Shown here one piece after another: positions 59,355-64,000 of a stretch of DNA of 64,000 nucleotides. Where the stretch lies: NCBI GenBank assembly GCA_051985675.1, contig JBPYFJ010000027.1:613-64612 (forward strand), read 5' to 3'. The first letter of the stretch is position 1, and each line of letters starts with the position of its first letter. The DNA comes from Xanthobacteraceae bacterium (GTDB lineage: Bacteria > Pseudomonadota > Alphaproteobacteria > Rhizobiales > Xanthobacteraceae). A program made the position numbers and the translations under genes. The notes under the pieces were generated by a model that was not told the DNA's origin, made no database searches, and was given only the letters and a program-made list of their open reading frames with translations.

Positions 59355-61304
59355 ATGCTGGGAAAGCTGACCTGGGCGGCCATTCCGTTCAACGAGCCGC
59401 TGCCGCTGGCCAGCGGAGCGGTCGTCGTCATCGTCATTCTGGCCATCCTCGCGTTCATCACCATCAAGGGCTGGTGGCCCTATCTGTGGAGCGAGTGGCT
59501 GACCAGCGTCGACCACAAGCGCATCGGCGTCATGTACATGGTTCTCGGCCTGGTCATGCTGCTGCGCGGCTTTGCCGATGCGATCATGATGCGCACCCAG
59601 CAGGCGATCGCCGTCGGCGCTGCGCAGGGATACTTGGTTCCGCAGCATTACGATCAGATCTTCTCTGCGCACGGCACGATCATGATCTTTTTTGTGGCGA
59701 TGCCGCTGGTCATCGGGCTGATGAACTTCGCCGTGCCGTTGCAGCTCGGCGTGCGCGATGTCGCTTTCCCGACGCTCAACTCGGTCAGCTTCTGGCTCAC
59801 TGCAACGGGCGCGCTGCTGGTCAACATGTCGCTCGTCATCGGCGTTTTCTCGCGTGCGAGCTGGTGGGGCTATCCTCCGCTCTCCGGGCTCACCTTTTCG
59901 CCCGATGTCGGCGTCGACTACTACCTCTGGTCATTGCAAATATCGGGGGTCGGCACGTTACTGACCGGGATCAATTTCGTGACCACGATTCTGAAGTTGC
60001 GCGCCCCGGGCATGACTTACATGCGCATGCCGGTGTTCTGCTGGACGGCGCTCGCCGCCAATCTGTTGATCGTCGCCGCATTTCCGGTCCTGACCGCGAC
60101 CTTCGTCATGCTGCTGCTTGACCGCTACCTGGACATGCATTTCTTCACGAATGATCTGGGCGGCAACCAGATGATGTACGCCAATCTGTTCTGGGCGTGG
60201 GGTCATCCCGAAGTCTACATTCTGGTGCTGCCGGCATTCGGCGTTTTCTCCGAAGTGGCCGCGACCTTTTCAGGCAAAGGGCTGTTCAGCTACCGCTCGA
60301 TGGTCTGGGCGACGCTGGGGATTTGCATCCTTTCCTTCATGGTCTGGCTGCATCACTTTTTCACCATGGGCGCGGGTGCCGACGTCAACGCGGTCTTCGG
60401 AATCATGTCGTCGATCATCGCCGTGCCGACCGGCGTCAAGATCTTCAACTGGCTGTTCACGATGTTCCGGGGCAGGATCGAGTTCAAGACGCCAATGATA
60501 TGGCTGGTCGCCTTCATGATCACGTTCATCATTGGCGGCGTGACCGGCGTTCTCCTGGCGGTGCCGCCGGTTGATTTCGTGGTGCACAACAGCGCGTTCC
60601 TGGTCGCGCATTTCCATAACGTCATCATCGGTGGCGTCGTGTTCGGCGCGTTCGCCGGATACACGTATTGGTTTCCCAAGGCCTTCGGCTTTACGCTCGA
60701 TGAGCGGTTCGGCAAGGCCAGCATCTGGTGTTGGGTCATCGGCTTCTGGCTCGCGTTTACGCCGCTCTACATGCTGGGCCTGATGGGCATGACCCGGCGC
60801 CTGCAGCACATCTCCGACCCGAGCTGGCAGCCGCTGCTGATCGTCGCGGAAGTCGGGGCCATCGTCATTTTGGCCGGCATCCTGTGCCAGGTCGCGCAGC
60901 TCTACGTCAGCATCCGCACGCGCGAGCAGCGCCGCGACCTGACCGGCGACCCCTGGAACGGTCGAACCCTGGAGTGGTCAACCGCTTCGCCGCCGCCGGC
61001 CTACAACTTCGCGACGCTGCCCAGAGTCGAAACGATCGACGCGTTCTGGCACATGAAGCGCACCGGGCGGGCCCCGGTCGAGCCGCTCTACGAACCGATC
61101 GAAATGCCGCGCAACAGCCCGGCCGGTTTTATTACCGCTTTCTTTGCGGTGGTCATGGGCTTTTCGCTGATCTGGCACATCTGGTGGTTGGCGATCCTCG
61201 GCTTCCTCGCTGCCGCGATTGTGGTCCTGATTGCCGGCTGGAACATCGATCGTGAGCACGAAATCTCCGCCGCCGAAGTTGCGCAAATGGAACGGGCTCG
61301 GTGA
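59355..61304 (+). CDS. cyoB: Cytochrome o ubiquinol oxidase subunit I
   Basis: [15 protein letters not shown]..., [38 protein letters not shown] heme-copper oxidase motifs. Confidence 0.9.
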   Translation: MLGKLTWAAIPFNEPLPLASGAVVVIVILAILAFITIKGWWPYLWSEWLTSVDHKRIGVMYMVLGLVMLLRGFADAIMMRTQQAIAVGAAQGYLVPQHYDQIFSAHGTIMIFFVAMPLVIGLMNFAVPLQLGVRDVAFPTLNSVSFWLTATGALLVNMSLVIGVFSRASWWGYPPLSGLTFSPDVGVDYYLWSLQISGVGTLLTGINFVTTILKLRAPGMTYMRMPVFCWTALAANLLIVAAFPVLTATFVMLLLDRYLDMHFFTNDLGGNQMMYANLFWAWGHPEVYILVLPAFGVFSEVAATFSGKGLFSYRSMVWATLGICILSFMVWLHHFFTMGAGADVNAVFGIMSSIIAVPTGVKIFNWLFTMFRGRIEFKTPMIWLVAFMITFIIGGVTGVLLAVPPVDFVVHNSAFLVAHFHNVIIGGVVFGAFAGYTYWFPKAFGFTLDERFGKASIWCWVIGFWLAFTPLYMLGLMGMTRRLQHISDPSWQPLLIVAEVGAIVILAGILCQVAQLYVSIRTREQRRDLTGDPWNGRTLEWSTASPPPAYNFATLPRVETIDAFWHMKRTGRAPVEPLYEPIEMPRNSPAGFITAFFAVVMGFSLIWHIWWLAILGFLAAAIVVLIAGWNIDREHEISAAEVAQMERAR

Positions 61305-61319
61305 GGTGAGGCAGCCCGC

Positions 61320-61961
61320 ATGACGGTCGCGACAATCGACAGAGCTCCAACCGCGGTTCCAACCGAGCTCGCGCGCGGGCGCGGCGGCGGCGGGCCGGCG
61401 ACGAAACGCACCGTCGTCGCTTATGGGTTCTGGATCTTCATTCTCGGCGACATGGTGATGTTCTCGGCGTTGTTCGCCGCCTTTGCAGTCTTGCGAAGCA
61501 ATACCGCCGGCGGGCCAACCGGGGCCGAGCTGTTCGATCTTCGTAGCGTCTTTATCGAGACGATGTGCCTGCTAGTGTCGAGCTATACCTGCGGGCTCGG
61601 AGCGTTGTCCGCCGAACGCCGGCAACCGGCGCGTTTCTTGATCTTCGGTGTCGCCACATTCGTGCTCGGTTCGGCCTTTCTGGTCATCGAGGCCACGGAG
61701 TTTGCCCGCATGGTCGAGATGGGCGCCGGGCCTTCGCGCAGCGCCTTTCTCTCCGCGTTCTTCACGTTGGTCGGCATGCACGGCGTCCACGTTACCGGCG
61801 GGTTGATCGCGTTGATCTATTTTTCGGCCCAGGTGATCGCTATCGGTCTGCGCACCGCAGTGCTGCGGCGCCTGTTGTGCTGGAGCCTGTTCTGGCACGC
61901 GCTCGATATCGTCTGGGTCGGCGTATTCACCTTGGTCTATCTGATGGGAGACTGGCATTGA
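61320..61961 (+). CDS. cyoC: Cytochrome o ubiquinol oxidase subunit III
   Basis: 213 aa, five-TM, CyoC-like (FGFWIFILGDMVMFSALFA, FWHALDIVWV). Confidence 0.85.
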   Translation: MTVATIDRAPTAVPTELARGRGGGGPATKRTVVAYGFWIFILGDMVMFSALFAAFAVLRSNTAGGPTGAELFDLRSVFIETMCLLVSSYTCGLGALSAERRQPARFLIFGVATFVLGSAFLVIEATEFARMVEMGAGPSRSAFLSAFFTLVGMHGVHVTGGLIALIYFSAQVIAIGLRTAVLRRLLCWSLFWHALDIVWVGVFTLVYLMGDWH

Positions 61962-62317
61962 CGAACGGTCATGATCGCGTGTTCGACGACCGTACGCCGG
62001 GCGTCGAGGAGCGTGAGCCGACAGCCAGTTACCTCTCGTACACGGCGGGGCTGGCGCTTGCGATCTTGGCGACCATCGCCTCTTTCGTTGTGTCGCAGAC
62101 CGATTTGCTGTGGCCCCCGGGCATCCCGGTGGGGTTGATCGTACTCGCCTTCGCGCAGATCGGCGTGCATCTCGTCTTCTTCCTGCATCTGGGCAGCGGG
62201 TCCGACAGCACCAACAATATTCTCGCCCTCGCCTTCGGCGTGCTGATCGTCTTTCTGGTTATTACGGGCTCGGTCTGGATCATCGCCAATCTCAACAGCA
62301 ACATGATGCCGATGTGA
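61958..62317 (+). CDS. cyoD: Cytochrome o ubiquinol oxidase subunit IV
   Basis: TTG start overlapping the cyoC stop (TTGA). 119 aa, three TM helices (YLSYTAGLALAILATIASF...QIGVHLVFFLHL). Confidence 0.75.
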   Translation: MTNGHDRVFDDRTPGVEEREPTASYLSYTAGLALAILATIASFVVSQTDLLWPPGIPVGLIVLAFAQIGVHLVFFLHLGSGSDSTNNILALAFGVLIVFLVITGSVWIIANLNSNMMPM

Positions 62318-62356
62318 GCGGAGGACCGAGCACGAGGTTGCGCCGGTTGCGCGCCG

Positions 62357-63541
62357 TCAGCGCGCCGGCGTCACCAGCGAATAGCGCTCGTCGGCGGCAA
62401 GGCATTGCGCTTCCGGAAAACCCAGCTCCTTGCGCACCATATTGGTGCCCAGCACCAAAGAGACCATTTTGTAGAAGGCGTGGCGGCGGCTCATCCCTTC
62501 GCGGCCCATGCCGCAATCGGTCGAGATCACGAGCCGCTCGGGCGAAATGTATTTCAGCGCCGCGCGGATTTGCGCCGCCACCTGGTCCGGGGTCTCGACC
62601 TGAAGGACGTGGTGATCGATGACGCCGATTGCGATCTTCTTGTCAGTGATGGTCTTGCCGATCGCCTCCAGGTCGATGCCGCCGGAACTCGACGACTCGA
62701 ACGTGATCACGTCGGCATCGACGGTGTTATAGGTCTCCAACGCCGGTTTGTAGCTCTGCACTTGGGCAAACATGCGCTGCTGCGAGGGGTTGCCCCAGCA
62801 CGAATGCGCCCATACCTCGGTTTTGGCGCGCAATCCCTTAACAGTGCGGTTGAAGACCTCGACCATCAATTGCGGTGTGATCACCTTGTCCTGGATCTTG
62901 CGCACCGCGATCAAGTGAATCTGCGGCTCTTCGATCTGGATCACCGGGCAGCCGGCGTCGGCAAGCTCGTGATACTCTTCATTGAAGGCGTCGGCGATGG
63001 CGAACATGCGCTCGGGAACGCTCTTGTAATGCCGGTCCTGCAGGGCAAAAGCCACGATCTCCGCTGATACGGCGCCAAACTTGACCGGCCGCTCGGTGAA
63101 GCGTTGCGCTGCTTTCCACATCGCGGTGTATTGCAGATTGCCGCGCCCGATCGGGCCGGTGACGACCGGCATGACGCGCGATTCGAGATAGTCGTGCAGA
63201 ATATGTCCGCGCGGGAACCACACGCCGCCGCGCCCGGCTGGCGTCGGCACCGGATGCGCCACGTCCAACCCGCTCATGTGGTTCGGCGGGTAGGCGGTCC
63301 AGCTCTGGCCGCCCACGTCGTCGTCGAAGCGGCAATCGCCGTCGGTGACGATGTCGAGACCGGCGAGTTCCTGATCGCGCAAATAGCACGTCAACGCATC
63401 CTCGTATTGCTCGCGGAAGCCGCGGCTGACCATGGCTTCGAGAAAATGTCGCGTGCCGAGATTTTCCGTGTACCAGCTTGGCCGCGGCAGCGAGCCCGTG
63501 ATGGTCGTCGGCAACATAATGCCTTTGGTGCCACGAAACAT
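62357..63541 (-). CDS. Cobalamin-independent methionine synthase (MetE C-terminal domain)-like family protein
   Basis: 394 aa. LPTTITGSLPRPSWY..., DIVTDGD, and a C-terminal Zn-ligand region (DCGM). Confidence 0.75.
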   Translation of the reverse strand: MFRGTKGIMLPTTITGSLPRPSWYTENLGTRHFLEAMVSRGFREQYEDALTCYLRDQELAGLDIVTDGDCRFDDDVGGQSWTAYPPNHMSGLDVAHPVPTPAGRGGVWFPRGHILHDYLESRVMPVVTGPIGRGNLQYTAMWKAAQRFTERPVKFGAVSAEIVAFALQDRHYKSVPERMFAIADAFNEEYHELADAGCPVIQIEEPQIHLIAVRKIQDKVITPQLMVEVFNRTVKGLRAKTEVWAHSCWGNPSQQRMFAQVQSYKPALETYNTVDADVITFESSSSGGIDLEAIGKTITDKKIAIGVIDHHVLQVETPDQVAAQIRAALKYISPERLVISTDCGMGREGMSRRHAFYKMVSLVLGTNMVRKELGFPEAQCLAADERYSLVTPAR

Positions 63542-63585
63542 GATCGGTTCCTTCCGGTGTAATGACGCACTGACTGCGCGGCAGC

Positions 63586-64000
63586 TTAGGGGTCGAGCAA
63601 CGGATACTGAAGCTTCCCCGATTTGTAGGCGGACGGGTGGAGAATGACCTGTGTTCCCGGCCGCTCGAACTGCTCCAAGCCATTACCGGTGATCCCCTGG
63701 TATTGGACCTGGAAGATGCGCGTCTGCGCCCACTCCCCGTCCGCGCCGAAACGGACGTCGCCGACGATCGTGCGGTGCGTCGCCTTGTGGATGTAGTCGG
63801 CGATTTTGGTCTGGTCGAGCCCGTTGGTCGCTTCCACCGCCGCGGCGACGATCTGCATCCCGGCATAGGAAAACGGCGGCAGGTAGTATCCGAGCGGATC
63901 TACGCCGGCGGCGAGCGCCTTTGGCTTGTAGCGGCCGAGGAACTCACTGATGCCGGGGAAATTCGTGGTGGGCTCGGGGACGTAGTCTTCAAACGACACG
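63586..64000 (-). CDS. ABC transporter substrate-binding protein (LivK-like), 5'-partial at window edge
   Basis: The ORF runs off the right edge. The C-terminal region resembles type I branched-chain/amide binding proteins (GDVRFGADGEWAQTRIFQVQY). Confidence 0.7.
   Translation of the reverse strand, partial: VSFEDYVPEPTTNFPGISEFLGRYKPKALAAGVDPLGYYLPPFSYAGMQIVAAAVEATNGLDQTKIADYIHKATHRTIVGDVRFGADGEWAQTRIFQVQYQGITGNGLEQFERPGTQVILHPSAYKSGKLQYPLLDP

Overview
High-GC (about 63-65% by eye) chromosomal segment. Gene content and repeat style suggest a Bradyrhizobium/Nitrobacteraceae-like alphaproteobacterium; that assignment is inference, as no search was run. The window is densely coding and dominated by solute uptake and catabolism. 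From left to right it holds: a TRAP transporter permease plus two paralogous DctP-type binding proteins (one carries an in-frame stop); a di-heme cytochrome c peroxidase fused to a cupredoxin; a PiuC-type hydroxylase; Mrp/ApbC; a Liv-type ABC transporter beside a Crp/Fnr regulator; TauE; and DusA. Next comes a lower-GC island with two paralogous Tat-exported multicopper oxidases, a VOC protein, an MFS transporter and a CpxP/Spy-like protein. After that: an M20 carboxypeptidase; an RND efflux pair with a TetR regulator; an IclR/Bug/Rieske-oxygenase/SDR cluster; a HAMP adenylate cyclase; a 999-aa RTX/glycosidase-like/FG-GAP mosaic exoprotein; a LigM-type O-demethylase; an exported amidohydrolase and an MmgE/PrpD protein; a Pat-type acetyltransferase; a PAS histidine kinase; an orphan PstS-like gene; cyoABCD; and a MetE-like gene. 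I found no rRNA, tRNA, CRISPR array, transposase, integrase, phage gene or recognisable defence system. The most interesting signal is a 72-codon SelW/Rdx-like gene (46407-46625, minus strand) that the ORF track misses. It has an in-frame TGA exactly at the CxxU redox motif, followed by a SECIS-like GC hairpin. Other points worth a second look: three disrupted genes (one nonsense, two single-base frameshifts); a histidine-kinase 3' remnant duplicated on the far side of a low-GC PstS-like gene; a palindromic repeat family present at two loci; and a 680-bp ORF-free region with an orphan minus-strand terminator next to a 52-aa secreted peptide gene. All product calls rest on motif and family recognition by eye. 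Start codons are best guesses.
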